Source: Felis catus (lineage: Eukaryota). Taken from it: 64,000 nt of DNA. A program made the translations under genes and the position numbers. Under the pieces are notes generated by a model. That model saw only the letters and a program-made list of their open reading frames with translations. It did not search any database and was not told where the DNA came from. The stretch spans positions 81,284,001 through 81,348,000 of the forward strand of contig NC_058368.1 in the NCBI RefSeq assembly GCF_018350175.1. Reading direction: 5' to 3'. Below are positions 1 through 12,500 of this stretch, in pieces (within the stretch, counting starts at the first letter, position 1; each line of letters begins with the position of its first letter).

Positions 1-684
1 TATACCATATTTGAAAATTACAATCATTACATACCACTGACTTCATCAGAAGAGAAAAGCCTTTACGACTTGGAAAACTGTGCTCATAGTAGTAAAAGCA
101 ATTTTTCAAAAAGGTGCATTTTCATTTTCAAAATCAAATGTCATCCCTGGCAGCAAACGCTGCCAGTTACTTTCCTTGTCCACCTCAGGTCTTACTGCCC
201 ACAGTGGGTCCGTCAGTTGTTCTTTGTGATAAAGACGGTGCTCTGCGGGGGAAAGAGGCTAGTTTAGCTGGCAACCCAAACAGCCTCACACTGCCCCCAC
301 GGACAACAGGTGCACCTCTGTGCACACCCTTCCCATTTCCTTGCACAGAATGCTGAAAAGACACACTCCCAGGTCAACAATGATCAAAAGGAACAATTTC
401 TACACACCATCAAGGCCGTTCGTAAGTACAACCGGCATTATTATTTTTTTCCTGGGAACACGTGGCAGTGATGCATACTGTGACGACCAGCACACTTAGG
501 GGCTGCTGCCTGGATTTGGGCTCAGACCCCAGCGGTTTGCCCACTGGTGGTTCTGCACCACTGCTTCAACGCCAGCACCACCTGCTGTATCATGAAAACA
601 TTTTGGAACTTGGGAATGTTTATAAGGATTTTGGGGTTCGCCAGGTGCCTATGTACCTACCACATTGTGAAAATTGCTCAATTA

Positions 685-808
685 GGGGCACCTGACTGTC
701 TCAGTCAGTAGAGCATGAGATCTTGGGGTTATGAGTTCAAGCCCCATACTGGGTGTAGAGATTCCTTACAAATAAAATCTCGACAGAGAGAGAGAAACAG
801 AGAGAGCG
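685..808 (+). mobile_element. Short, older carnivore tRNA-derived SINE (CanSINE family)
   Basis: GGGGCACCTG...TCAGTCAGTAGAGCATG...GAGTTCAAGCCCCA head; degenerate TSD gaaaattgctcaatta/gaaatcgctaaatta. Confidence 0.75.
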
Positions 809-2725
809 GAAATCGCTAAATTAGATGCTGGGAGAGGATTTAAAATAAAAAGCAATTATTTCACTAGAAATCTAGCAGAACTCCAGGAGTAAACAGAAAT
901 AATTCAAGTGCAGGCCTAGTGGTAGGGGTAGATCTTTAGCTACCAAAATGGCCAGATGTATGATGTACTTTGAGACGTTTGCCTAGAAAGGCCTAGTAGC
1001 TTACAGACTCCTAAGTAGTATCTGTAGTTTGAATTGTATCTGCCAAATTGCAAATGAGGAATGAATGGGCATTCATTCATTCAGATCATTCATTCATTCA
1101 AATGCCGGTGTGCTAATCAGAATGTAGCAATGTGTGTGTCCTGCTTTTCAAGGAAAGGGCTACTTCCTGCCTGTGGCTCCACTGGGAGTGGGCTAGGGAA
1201 GGGTACCTGATTCTCAGTATATTTGGAATTACAGTTAATTTCAATAAAAGCCAGTGTTCATTTTGGAAAGAAAAAAAAGGGAATGTGACTTGCATCCTGC
1301 AGAAAATGAAATGACAAAAATTTTAGGAAGCAAAGAGCTGTTCTATCAGTAAAGTAGGTAAAATTTGTAAAATGTTAGTATGTAGGCAATCCACATTTCA
1401 GGCCATAAATCCATTTTTTAAGCAAACAAAGACAGTAAAAGCTAACAATGGTTAGAGCTGCAGTTAATCTTTAGAATTCAATTTATGCCTTGGCAGTTCA
1501 CTCTGTTTTTTGGTGAACACACGTTTCTGAAACCTTTTTGGCTTCAATTCAGGCAAAAGCAAAACAAGGCTGAGAAGGTACAGCATTATGAGACTCTCAG
1601 ATTAATGCCGAAGACGGCAACTCCCAGCACATTTGTTTTAAAGGTTGTGCATCTGATTATGAGTGTCTTTAATAAGCTTTTTTTGGAATAAAATGGGATA
1701 GATCTAAAAATGGAAAGTAAATGCATTGCTAATGTGTATTGATATTGTAAGAATATTGGTGTTTCCACAACTGGTTGGTACAGAAAATACATTACGAAGT
1801 ATTTGCAGGCAAGGTGTTTTAAAGTCTTGTTTGGACCATTTGTTGATCACTTTATGACTGTTTAATAAGCCATTAAGGAGTCTACATAACTGCAACATAA
1901 TTATTTATTAAACCTTTTACAACGAAATGAGCACTTAGAAAGAGAGAGCTGTCTCTACTGTGTCTGAACCAATAATTATAACGTATTTACCATGTGTTTT
2001 TTTGTGTCATTGAGGCATGGGAAATTGTGTGTGTAGTGGTTTCACATTTTATCCATAAGGGTGGTTATTTTATAAATGTGCTAAATCTAATTAGAACATG
2101 TATAGCCAAGAAAACCAGCCACCAGCACAAAGCTCCACCCACCTGGCCATTTGTTGCCTGATGTCACTTCCTTTGTCCCAGAATAGACAGTGACTGTGTC
2201 TGGTTAGCAGCATTGGGCAGCATGTCCAGAATAAAGAAAAAGATGGGTTTTTTTCCCCTCAGAAGTTCCTGGTGAGAAAAATCCACGTACCTGCTGTGGT
2301 AGGAGCTGATACCCCGTCACCTTTGGGTGTGCGCAGTGTGGTCTGAGGGTCCTACCAGGGGCTAATTCCTACAGTCCCCAGGGGTCTCGGGGAGCTTCTT
2401 GAAATGACCTTTTCTATGTAACTATGTGTGTATTTCATAATGTTCAGGATGTGAATCAACAATATAACCTAGGAAATATAAGAGGAGAAATGAAAATTAC
2501 AGGCCGGGAAAACCAAGACCCCCCTGCCCCAAAGCCTGTACGAAGTATATATTTTTATATATAAAGATTTAAGCGTTCAAATAACTCTTAAAAATGAAGT
2601 AAGTGCATGAACCCAGGTGGTATCTGTCTTCCGTAGTCTGACTTACTTCCCTCTAAGCGTCCATGTTGTCACAAAGAGCACAATTCATCTTTTTTGTGGC
2701 TGCATGATATTCCATTAGACAGACA

Positions 2726-2726
<1 letters not shown>

Positions 2727-2762
<36 letters not shown>
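2727..2762. repeat. (CA)n microsatellite
   Basis: Direct reading. Confidence 0.95.
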
Positions 2763-2764
<2 letters not shown>

Positions 2765-3389
2765 CATGTCTTCCTTATCCGTCAGCTATGGATGGACACT
2801 TGGGTTCCTTCCAACCTTGGCTGTTGTAAATAGCACTGCGGCAAACATACAGGTACATGTATCTTTTCACATTTGTGGTTTTGTTTCCTTTGCATCAATA
2901 CCAGTAGTGGAGTTAGTTTGGTAGTGGAATTATATGGCAGTTCTATTTTTACCTTTCTGAGGCACCTGCATACTGTTCTCCACAGTGGCTGCACCAGTTT
3001 GCATTCCTACCAGCAGTGCAAGAGGGTTCCCATTTCTCCACATCTTCGCCAGCACTTTTTATTTATTGTCTTTTTGATTCTAGCCGTTCTCACAGGTGTG
3101 AGGCGCTATTTCATTGTGGTTTTGATTTGCATTTCCCTGATGAGGAGTGTTGTTGAGCATCTTTTCATGTATCTGTTGGCCATCTGGATGTCTTCTCTGG
3201 ATACATATCTCCCGTCTTCTGCCCATTTTTAATTGATTGTTTCACTTTGGGTATTGGATTGTATCTGTTCTTTGTATATTTTGGACACTAACCCTTTATC
3301 AGATATGTCACTGGCAAATATCTTCCCCCATTCAGTAGGCTGCCTTTCCGTTTTGCTGATTATTTCCTTCACTGAACAGAAGTTTTTAA

Positions 3390-3613
3390 TTTTTTTTATT
3401 TTTTTTAAGTTTATTTATTATTTTTTGAGAGAGACAGAGACAGCATGAGTGGGGGGTAGGGGCAGAGAGGCAGGGAGATAGAGAATCCCAAGCAAGCTCC
3501 AAGCTGTCAGCACAGAGTCTGATGCAGGACTTGAACCCACAAAACTGTGAGGTCATGACCTGAGCTGAAATCAAGAGTTGGACGCTTAGCTGACTGAGCC
3601 CCCCAGGTGCCCC
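3390..3613 (-). mobile_element. CanSINE (SINEC_Fc-like)
   Basis: T-rich tail, (GA)n, ends CAGGTGCCCC; TSD agaagtttttaatttt/agaagctttttatttt. Confidence 0.92.
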
Positions 3614-4612
3614 AAGAAGCTTTTTATTTTGATGAAGTCCCAATAGTTTATTTTTGCTTTTGTTTCCCTTGCCTCAGGAGACATATCTAGAAAAACGTTG
3701 GTATGGCCGATGTCAGAGAGATTACTGCCTGTGCTGTTTGCCAGGATTTTGTGGTTCTAGGTCTCACACTTAGGTCTTTCATACATTTTGAGTTGACTTT
3801 TGTGTATGGTGTAAGAAAGTACTTACGGTACACTCTTTCTGCATGCAGCTGTCCAGTATTCTCAACACCATTTGTTGAAGAGCTTGTCTTTTGCCCATTG
3901 TATATTCATTCCTGCTTTGTCAAAGATTAATTGACCATATAGTTGTGGGTTGACTTCTGGGTGTTCTACCTTGTTGCATTGATCTTCGTATCTATTTTTA
4001 TACTGTTTCATGATTACAGCTTTGTAGTATAACTTGAAATCTGGAATTGGGATACTTCTGGCTTTGTTTTTCTTTTTCAGTTGCTTTGGCTAATCAGGGT
4101 CTTTTGTGGTTCCATGCAAATTTGAGGATTGCGTGTTCTAGCTCTGTGAAAAATGCTGTTGGTATTTTGATAGGGATTGCATTAAATGTGTATGTTGCTT
4201 TGGATGGTGTGGACATTTTAACAATATTGGTTCTTCCAATCCACGAGCATGGAATGTCTTTCCATCTCTTTTAGTCGTCTTGAATTTCTTTCATCCGTGT
4301 TTCATAGTTTCAGGGTACAGCTCTTTCTTTCACCTCTTTGGTCAAGTTTATTCCTAGGTGCTTCATTATTTTGGGTGCATTTGTAAATGGGATTGGTTTC
4401 TTCATTTCTCTTTCCGCTGCTTCATTTTTGCTGGATAGAAATACAACGGATTTCTGTATGTTGATTTTGTATCCTGTGACCTTACTGAATTCATTCATCG
4501 GTTCTGGTAGTTTTTTGGTGGAGTCTTTTTGGGTTTTCTCTATATAATATCATGTCATCTGTAAACACTGAAAGTTTTATTTCTTCCTTACCAGTTTGGA
4601 TGCCTGTTATTT

Positions 4613-4817
4613 CTAAATTTTTTAATGTTTATTTATTCTTGAGACAGAGAGCATGAACAGGGGAGGGGCAGAGAGAAAGGAAGACACGGAATCCGAAACA
4701 GGCTCCAGGCTCTGAGCTGTCAGCACAGAGCCTGACACGGGCTCAAACCCACGAACTATAAGATCATGACCTGAGCCAAAGTCAGATGCTTAACCGACTG
4801 AGCCACCCAGGCGCCCC
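4613..4817 (-). mobile_element. CanSINE (SINEC_Fc-like)
   Basis: Ends GAGCCACCCAGGCGCCCC; perfect TSD tggatgcctgttattt at 4597 and 4818. Confidence 0.95.
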
Positions 4818-4959
4818 TGGATGCCTGTTATTTATTTATGTAGTGTAATTGCTGTGGCTAGGACTTCCAGCAACATGTTGAATAAAAGTGGTGAGAATGA
4901 ACATCCTTGTCTGGTTCCTGACCTTAGGGGAAAAGCTCTCAGTTTTGCACAGGAAGGCT

Positions 4960-5890
4960 ACTGTTAACAATAACAAACAGAAAATAGCAAATATTGGTGA
5001 GGATATGGAGAAATTGGATGCCTCGTACATGGCTGGTGGGGAATGTAAAATGGTGCCACTGCTATAAGAGATGGGATGGCTGCTCCTCAACAACTTGAAA
5101 ATAGTCTCACTATATGACCCCTGGTCCCAGTCCTGGGGTGGATATTCTCGAAAGAATTCAAAGTAGGAACCTGAGAAAATATCTGTACACCCTTGTTCAC
5201 AGCAACATTATTCACAATCGCCAAAAGGTGGAAACATTCCAACTGTCCGTCAACAGATGACTGGATCAACAAAATGTGGTGTCCATACAGTGGAATACTA
5301 TACGGCCTCTAAAAGCAAGGAGATTCTTGGGGCACCTGGGGCGCTCAGTTGGTTAAGCATCTGACTCTTGGTTTCAGCTCAGGTCATGATCTTACAGTCC
5401 GTGAGTTTGAACCCCACATTGGTCTCTACGCTGGCAGTGTGGAGCCTGCTTGGGATTCTCTCTCTCTCCTTCTCTCTGCCCCTCCCCTGCTTGCTCACTC
5501 TCTCTCAGTCTCTCTCAAAATAAATAAATAAACTTAAAAAAAAAAAAAGCAAGGAAATTCTGGCTGCAACGTGGATGAATCTTGGAGACGCTGGGGCTAA
5601 GTGGATAAGCCAGTCACAGAAGGACAGTGTCTGATTCCACTCATACGAAGTACGTTGAGTAGTCAGATTTATACAGATGGAAGTACATTGGCAGATGCCA
5701 ACCTCTGGGGGGCAGGTGAATGGAGAGTTAATGTCCAGGGACAGGGTTTCGGTTCTGCAAGATGAAGAAGGTTCTAGAGATAGATGGTGGTGATGGGAGT
5801 ATAATAATGTGAATGTACTTAATGCCACTAAACTGTATACTTAGAAGTGGTCAAAATGGAAAATTTTATCTTATGGATATTTTTCCCCGA
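4960..5890 (+). mobile_element. Old LINE-1 3' end (L1MB-like), interrupted by a SINE
   Basis: TGGTGAGGATATGGAGAAATTGG...GATGAAGAAGGTTCTAGAGATAGATGGTGGTGATGG...GTACTTAATGCCACT resembles L1MB 3' ends. Confidence 0.75.
5329..5544 (+). mobile_element. CanSINE
   Basis: GGGGCACCTGGG head, (CT)n, A tail; TSD aaaagcaaggagattct/aaaagcaaggaaattct. Confidence 0.93.
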
Positions 5891-6225
5891 TTTTTTAAAT
5901 ATTTAGAAGTCGACAAAAGTCCATATCAGATATCTAGTTGATGTTCAAAATTTCCCAGTTGTCTCATAAATGCCTTTTTTGCTGCTGTTGGTTTATTCAC
6001 ATCAAGACCCAAACAAGGTCTACGTGCTGCGTGAGGCCCATATGCTTCTTACATCTTTTCTGGCCGCTGTCTGCTCCCCTTCCCTTCCTTCCACTCTCGC
6101 TGCGTGTTTACTGAAGGAGCCAAGTCACTCGTCGTGTAACCGTTCCCACATTCGGCATTTTGCTGATTGCATCCATATAACTGTCTGTCCCTGGATTTTC
6201 TGCAAATTGATCATTTTTTCTAGAA

Positions 6226-6385
6226 CCGTGCCATCCAGTGGAAGCTTCTGCAGTGGTGGGAATGTTCTACTTTGGCACTGTCCCCGGCAGCAGCCACCAG
6301 CCACGATGTGGCTGCCGAGCACGTGAAGTGTGGCTTCTGCTGCTGAGCAATGAATATTTAACTTAGTTTAGTTTTAAGTAATTCA
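6226..6385 (+). mobile_element. MER3-like hAT-Charlie DNA transposon relic
   Basis: TTCTGCAGTGGTGGGAATGTTCTA...GCCACCAGCCAC.ATGTGGCTG..GAGCAC.TGAAGTGTGGCT resembles the MER3 consensus as recalled. Confidence 0.7.
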
Positions 6386-6388
6386 ATT

Positions 6389-6644
6389 GTTTTAATTTTA
6401 TTTTTTATTTTTTAAAATTTGCATCCAAACTAGTTAGCATATAGTGCAACAATGATTTCAGGAGTAGATTCCTTAGTGCCCCTCCCCCATTTAGTCCATC
6501 CCCCCCTCCCACAACCCCTCCAGCAACCCTCAGTTTGTTCTCCATATTTGAGTCTCTTATGCTTTGTCCCCCTCCCTGTTTTTATATTATTTTTGCTTCC
6601 CTTCCCTTATGTTCATCTGTTTTTTCTCTTAAAGTCCTCATATG
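6389..6644 (-). mobile_element. Young 5'-truncated feline-type L1 3' end
   Basis: T-rich tail then CATCCAAA.TAGTTAGCATATAGTGCAACAATGATTTCAGGAGTAGATTCC; perfect TSD agtaattcaatt at 6377-6388 and 6645-6656. Confidence 0.85.
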
Positions 6645-7243
6645 AGTAATTCAATTTTGAATACTTTCTTAGACCCAGGTCTAGAACAGCACAGTCCCAG
6701 AGGCTTGATCAAATCCACGCTTTTTTGCTGTTGTCCGAGAGGCACTTTGATGGGATGTTTGCTGGGGTGACAACCGACCCACCGCAGACTCCAGCCCGGC
6801 CCCAGGGCGCTGGGCTGCTGCCCCGTGGTAGGCCCTTCCCCTGCGGCCCTTACAGTCGTGCCCATGGGTGCTCCCGCTCACAGCCTCTCTGGGGGCCGTT
6901 GGGCCTCTCTCTATCTTCAGAGCTTCACCTGGCCACGCAGCCAAGTACCCGGTGGTGGCATGAAACCAGGCCCCTCCTCAAAACCCACCGCTTCCTGCCG
7001 GGTTGGGTCCGGTCCTTCCCGAGCGCTTATCTTCTGTGGCATATCCACAAAACCATTGCCTTTCTGTGTCGTCCTTAGGTCCCCTAAGGGACCTGAAATT
7101 CAGGAATATATGACTGTCTCAAGATACCCTCCTGGGCTCCTCAGTGCATCTACCCATCCACCTGCTTTGGGACGGAAATTCTGACACCTGTTAATACCCA
7201 CCTCACAGTTACCAGCCATCGGTTCTGTTAACAAAAAAGTCAA

Positions 7244-7640
7244 CTCCTCCTCTTCCTCCTTCCCCCTCCCCTCCTCCTCCCATTCCTCTTCCCCTCCTGC
7301 TCCTCCCTCCTCCCCTCTTGCTCCTCCCTCCTCCCCTCCTGCTCTTCCCTACTTCTCCTCCCATTCCTTCCCCTACTCCTCCTCCCTCCCTCCCCTCCTC
7401 CCCTCCTGATCCTCCCTACTTCTCCTCCCCCTCCTTTCCCTCCTCCTCTTCCTCCTCCCTCTTTTCCTCCTCCCACTCCTCCTCCCCCCACCTCTCCTCC
7501 TCCCCTCCTGCTCTTCCCTCCTCCCTTCTTGCTCCTCCCTCCTCCCCTCCTGCTCTTCCCTACTTCTCCTCCCCCTCGTTCCCCTTCTCCTCCTCCTCCC
7601 CCCTCCCCTCCTCCTCCTCCTCCTCCTTCTTCTCCTCCTT
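7244..7640. repeat. ~400 bp polypyrimidine/polypurine (CCT-rich) low-complexity tract
   Basis: Almost exclusively C/T on the + strand. Confidence 0.95.
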
Positions 7641-7657
7641 TGAACACACTTCTCCTT

Positions 7658-7872
7658 GGGGCACCTGGGTGGTTCAGTCAGTTAAGCATCTGACTTCGGC
7701 TCAGGTCACGATCTCCTGGTCTGTGAGTTCAAGCCCCATATCGGCCTCTGTGCTGACAGCTCGGAGCCTGGAGCCTGCTTTGGATTCTGCGTCTCCCTCT
7801 CTCTCTGCCCCTCCCCTGCTCGTGCTCTGTCTCTGTCTCAAAAATAAATAAAAAACATTTAAAAAAATTTTT
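7658..7872 (+). mobile_element. CanSINE (SINEC_Fc-like)
   Basis: Canonical head, (CT)n region, AATAAA/A tail. Confidence 0.93.
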
Positions 7873-7899
7873 AAACATAATCCTCCTTGAAGACAACGT

Positions 7900-9580
7900 G
7901 AATTCTTCCCAGATAACAAGACTACATCTTATCTTCTTCTTACTGGTGAACACAGGATTGCTTCCAGTCACTTGCCACTTTGCAGAGTGCTGGAGTCAGT
8001 CACCTCTTGCACGCACTTTACACACGTGCAGGTACGTCTTTAGGACAAACCCCAGGAGTAAGATCGCATCTGTGATGGTGACAGACGCAGCCCAGCCACA
8101 CCATAGCACGTGCTCCCACCTGTGCCTGCGTGCAGACTCCCAGTCCACAGAGCACATTGTCCACGTGTGGGATTTGTGCGGTGCTCTTATGTCACAAGTG
8201 GTGTCGCAGAAGGTTCAGCATCTTCTCATGCACTTAGGGGCCATTTGTGTCCCTTTCCTGTGGACCAACCTGTTCACTTCCTTTGCCCATTTGTTGTTGG
8301 TCGTCGGTCTTTTTCTTATTGATTTATAAGGCACTTTACATATTAGGGAAATTAGTCCTCCATGATATGAAGTTGCCTTTATTTTAACTGTAGTTGAATT
8401 AATGAGTCTTCATTAGTTTTCCCCACCCCAGGTTGTAAAGGAATTTGCCCGTGCTTGATTCTAGTATTCGCATAGTTTTTTTGTCTGTTTGTTTGTTTAC
8501 ATTTGATTTTTTGGTCCATTTGGAGTCTCTTCTAGTATTAGGTGAAATACGTGAACCGATGTTCACGTTTTCTGGTTGGCTCTGAACTTTCCTCTGTTCC
8601 ACTTGTCCTTCTGTATGTCCATCTGTCGGGCTCCGCACCATACCATCTACCCACTGAGGTTTCACGTTTGGGGTCTGGGGGCGCTGGGACCCCTTCCGTG
8701 GTTCTTCTTTTTAGGAATTCTTGGACATTCTTTATTTTTCCTTATCAACTTTGAAATTAGCTTGTTTTATTTTTTAAAAAGATGCTGGCAGTAATTTCAA
8801 TGGGTTCGTATTAAGTTTATGTGATAAGTTAAGGAGGGTTTGTATCTTCCCGGCATCAAGACTCCTGATTCAAGGGGGCCGTGTGTTTCCTTCTGCCTGA
8901 GCCTGCACGGACTTCTGCTGTGTGAAAGCTTCCCTCACGCACGATTCCCACATCCCTTCTGGACTTTACTCTAGTTTTGCCGTGACGGCTGCTGCCGCCA
9001 TTCTTTTTGCCGTGATCAGTGGGGGTCTTTCCTTCCATTTGCCTTCCAACTCGTTGTTTGTATCTGTGATGGATATAGATGTTCAAATATGAATACACGA
9101 CAATGTGGTCTTCAGGAATGTGGAAACCAAAAAAAAAAAAAAAAAGGCAAAAAAACATAACGAATGGGGGATTGTTCAGATTGAAAGGAAGCTCAGGGCA
9201 CGTGATAAGCTTATGCGACACGAGATTCTCGTTGGGACCTGGAGTTTTGAAAACATGCAAAGAACGCTTTGGGGACAAGTGGGGAAACTTGTGCTCGAGC
9301 TGTAAACTGGGCATCAGTGTAGAGTCGAGGGCACAGTGCCTGGGCCGGTTGGACGACATCCTCGTTCTGGGACACGCCCGGGGCTGGGCGAAGGATCGCC
9401 AGTCTGCAGTTTACTTCCAAATGGTTTGGCAACAAGTGAAATTCCCACACACAGACGCGCACATGTGGGCAGAGGGGCAAACTTGGAAAAATGTTAGCAG
9501 TTGGCGAATATAAAGTGTCCATTGTGTTATTCTCTCGGCTGTTCTGGGAGTTTGAAATGTTTCCAAATAAAAAGTCGGGG
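7900..9580. mobile_element. Degraded ancient L1 fragments (L1MC/L1ME-like)
   Basis: Fragments such as CATCTTCTCATGCACTTAGGGGCCATTTGTGT...CCTTTGCCCATTT (minus) and TTTGAAATGTTTCCAAATAAAAAG (plus 3' end). Confidence 0.55.
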
Positions 9581-12500
9581 CCAAAGAGAGCATCTGTGTA
9601 AACCCTTGGCACATCGTAGGTGTGCAGTGATGATGTGGCTGGTCACACCCCAGCGGGACCAGAACTCTGCGGAGAATATAGAGAGTTTTATGCGTCCGTG
9701 GGGCGTCTCACTCCCCACTCCCTGAAGGCCCCCGGGTCGGGGAGCGGGTGCAGGCCTGGCTGCTTTATTGCTCAGTTCTCACTGATCACAAGAGTCCTCT
9801 GGGCACCGCTCCCCTAATGCCCACAGAACTGGTTATTTCTGTACGAACATAACCTTCCGAGGTTCGGTGAATGGCACAGTCTCTTCCCGGCGCCCCCACC
9901 TGCGGCCTGCAGCTGTTGAAGCCCGCCCCGGGCCCTCCATCCTGCCCTGGCAGGGACGAAGACACCCCAGAGAGACAGCGATGAAGGACAGACGGACAGA
10001 CGGACACACGCACAAGTGAGGTGCACTTGCCTCGTGCTGTCTCTTCCGTGAGAAGACTTTTCACCATCATGAGCTGGAGGCAGAGGGGGAAGGGCGCCCA
10101 CAGGTGCCAAGGGGAGTGAGCGAAGGGGCGGCCGGTGCCGGCGGGGCAGGCAGTGACGGGTGTCCAGAAGCACTGCCACGCCCAACGACTGCGAGGGATC
10201 TGGGTCACAGAGGCAGCAGACACCAACGCGGGGACATCCAGCTGGATGCTGAGCAGAGAGGGCTGGCGGGTGTGAAGGCGACGCTACGTGGGTGAGTGTC
10301 AGGCATGGTGCGAGGGGCAGCCCCGGGGACCTCAGAGGAGCCGTGCCGGACAGAGCCACGACAGAGGGTGGCTTGCGTGTTGTGATGAGGTGTGGGAATT
10401 GCTCCGGTGAAAGCAAAGCAAACTCACAGGTCCCGTCGGCAGGGACAGGAGAGCTCACTACACACGGAGAGCTCAGGAACGAAACCCTGACTGACCCAGC
10501 CGAGTGCAAGGCCACACAAGGAGCGGCCACCCTGAGCACCTACAGAGACCCCGACGCTGGCGTCTCACCGGGACCGTGCAGCCTCCACCCCCAGGGACAC
10601 ACGGCACCTCTGCACCTGCCGTGTGTCAGGAGTCCCTGCCTCTGTCTGCTGTCGGCCGTGAGGGATTCCAAAAGGTTTGGAAGGATCGGTATGTTCTAGA
10701 AAAGGAGGAGGAGGCATCTCAGGAGAGGAAAATGATGCCAAGAAAAACAGGCCTTGAAAATTATTCTGAATGTAAGATTCATTATCCCCTGAAACCTGTA
10801 TGATAAAATTAATTAGTCGTGTGCCTGGATTTCCTTTGTCCGTCTCTAGGGTGTCACCCGCATGGTTTTCACTCACTGGGTAATGGCCGTGTAAGCACAG
10901 CTCCACTCGGCTGAGTGCGGCCCAGCGCCCTCCTCCACAGCCTGGCAGCCAGTGCCGCCCAGGCCTCTCCGAGCACGAGACTTTGGCAGGGTCTGGTGGG
11001 TGACAGAGACAAGGCCTGCGAGTCAGGCCCAGGGGGTAAAGGGAGAGCAACCAGCAGCATCGAGGAAGAAAGTTCAGGTCAGTGAGGTCGGAGTTTAGGA
11101 AGCACAAGAGGGGCCCAGAGGTGGGCACAGGCCTGGGTACCCGGGACCAGTGGGCACCAGCAGAAGCAGCCACATCGGAGTGGAACGGGCCGGGACATCC
11201 CAGACAAACTGGCCGGAAAGTCCCCGCTGCCCCACCAAGGGAACCACAGGCAGATGTGTAATGACCTCCCAAGGCTTTGATGACAGCATCTTCTCTGTCA
11301 CCGAGCCCGGGTGGCTGGAACCTCCATTCTCTCACATTAAGAAACCAAAGCTCTGTAGGCGTGTTTTGTCCAACAGACAAGATCCCACTTCTGTTTTGAG
11401 GACATCGAACAGTTCAGGAGAAAAACATGAGATATCAAATTGTTGACGCCGCTTCAGGTAAGTCCTGTCAGCATCCCCCCACCCCCCGGCTGCCCGGAAC
11501 GTGGGACAAGCCCTGGGAACACGGCCACCGATGCCCGCCCGGCTGATTTGCTGACTCCCACCCGAGAGGGCACGCACTTGGACCGGCCCAGTGGCAGGAC
11601 ACCAGCCTCGCCTGGGGGAGGGTGACAGGGCGACCGCCAGAAGCCCCCTGCTCTGTCACACGCAGAGCCACTGCCTCGTGACAAAGGGGACGGAGGTGAC
11701 GTCTACTGCAGCCTGAGCCGCGCCCTCACTGCTCAGCGCTGCTGAAATATTCCCCCGGAGTTTCTATGGGTCCAAACTTCGCCCGCCCACCCAGTAGAAA
11801 GTATTTTATGTTTTCACACAGGGTATATTTCTATGCTTGTCAGCAAAGGCCTCCTTCTCAGGAAGACAGCCTGACTGACATATTTTCACACCCATGGAGT
11901 TTCAAATGAAGTCAAAGTCCAAGCAAAATGCCACAGCTACAGAACCACACGAGCTAAATCGATGAGGGCCTCACGGTCCTGCGTGCGGGTGAAAAAGCTG
12001 CGCACTGGGCAAGCTTTGTGTTTCCCGGCTCCCGGGGGGTGGGGGGGAGGGCAGGTGTGGAGCGTCCCCCGCGGTCCTGTGGGCTGCTGGCTCTCTGGGA
12101 GGGACACCGTTGACGTGTCCTTGGGGCCGTGCTCCTCCCAGGCCAGCACACTGGATCAATACCTCACAAGCAGGAGGCTTCCGCCCCCAGGGAAGAGGGA
12201 CAGTGAACAGGTGACCCGCCTTCCGGAGGACTTTGCACCCGCTGCAGACGCATGCAGGCACGGGGGCCTGGGCCTTCTGGAGACCTGGGGGCCATTTTTC
12301 AATCTGCCGTCTCGTCACAGCCCCTGGTGTTGTTGCGGGTTCGCATTCAGTAAGGATCCCTTGGGTCCGGTGGCAGGAGACCTCGCGTCACACGCGGACC
12401 CTCGCCAGGCTCCACCGGGGACCAAGGTTTGGTAACTTTAGTTCTTATGCTGTTGCATCACCCAGAGACCTGGTGAGGGGGCTGCCAATTCTGATATTCA

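Larger units (their letters stand above)
2615..4945 (-). mobile_element. LINE-1 relic (ORF2 RT/C-terminal region), interrupted by two SINEs
   Basis: Minus-strand peptides [20 protein letters not shown] and [20 protein letters not shown]...IPFT...HLGINLTKEVK are L1 ORF2 signatures; frameshifts and stops present. Confidence 0.9.

Noticed and set aside
2615..4945. Active LINE-1 or functional reverse transcriptase
   Set aside because: Truncated, frameshifted and interrupted by SINEs.
4613..5544. Oppositely oriented SINE pair as a special hairpin
   Set aside because: Expected by chance at this SINE density.
7240..7851. Gly-rich and Ser/Pro-rich ORFs
   Set aside because: Translations of a CT-rich tract plus a SINE.
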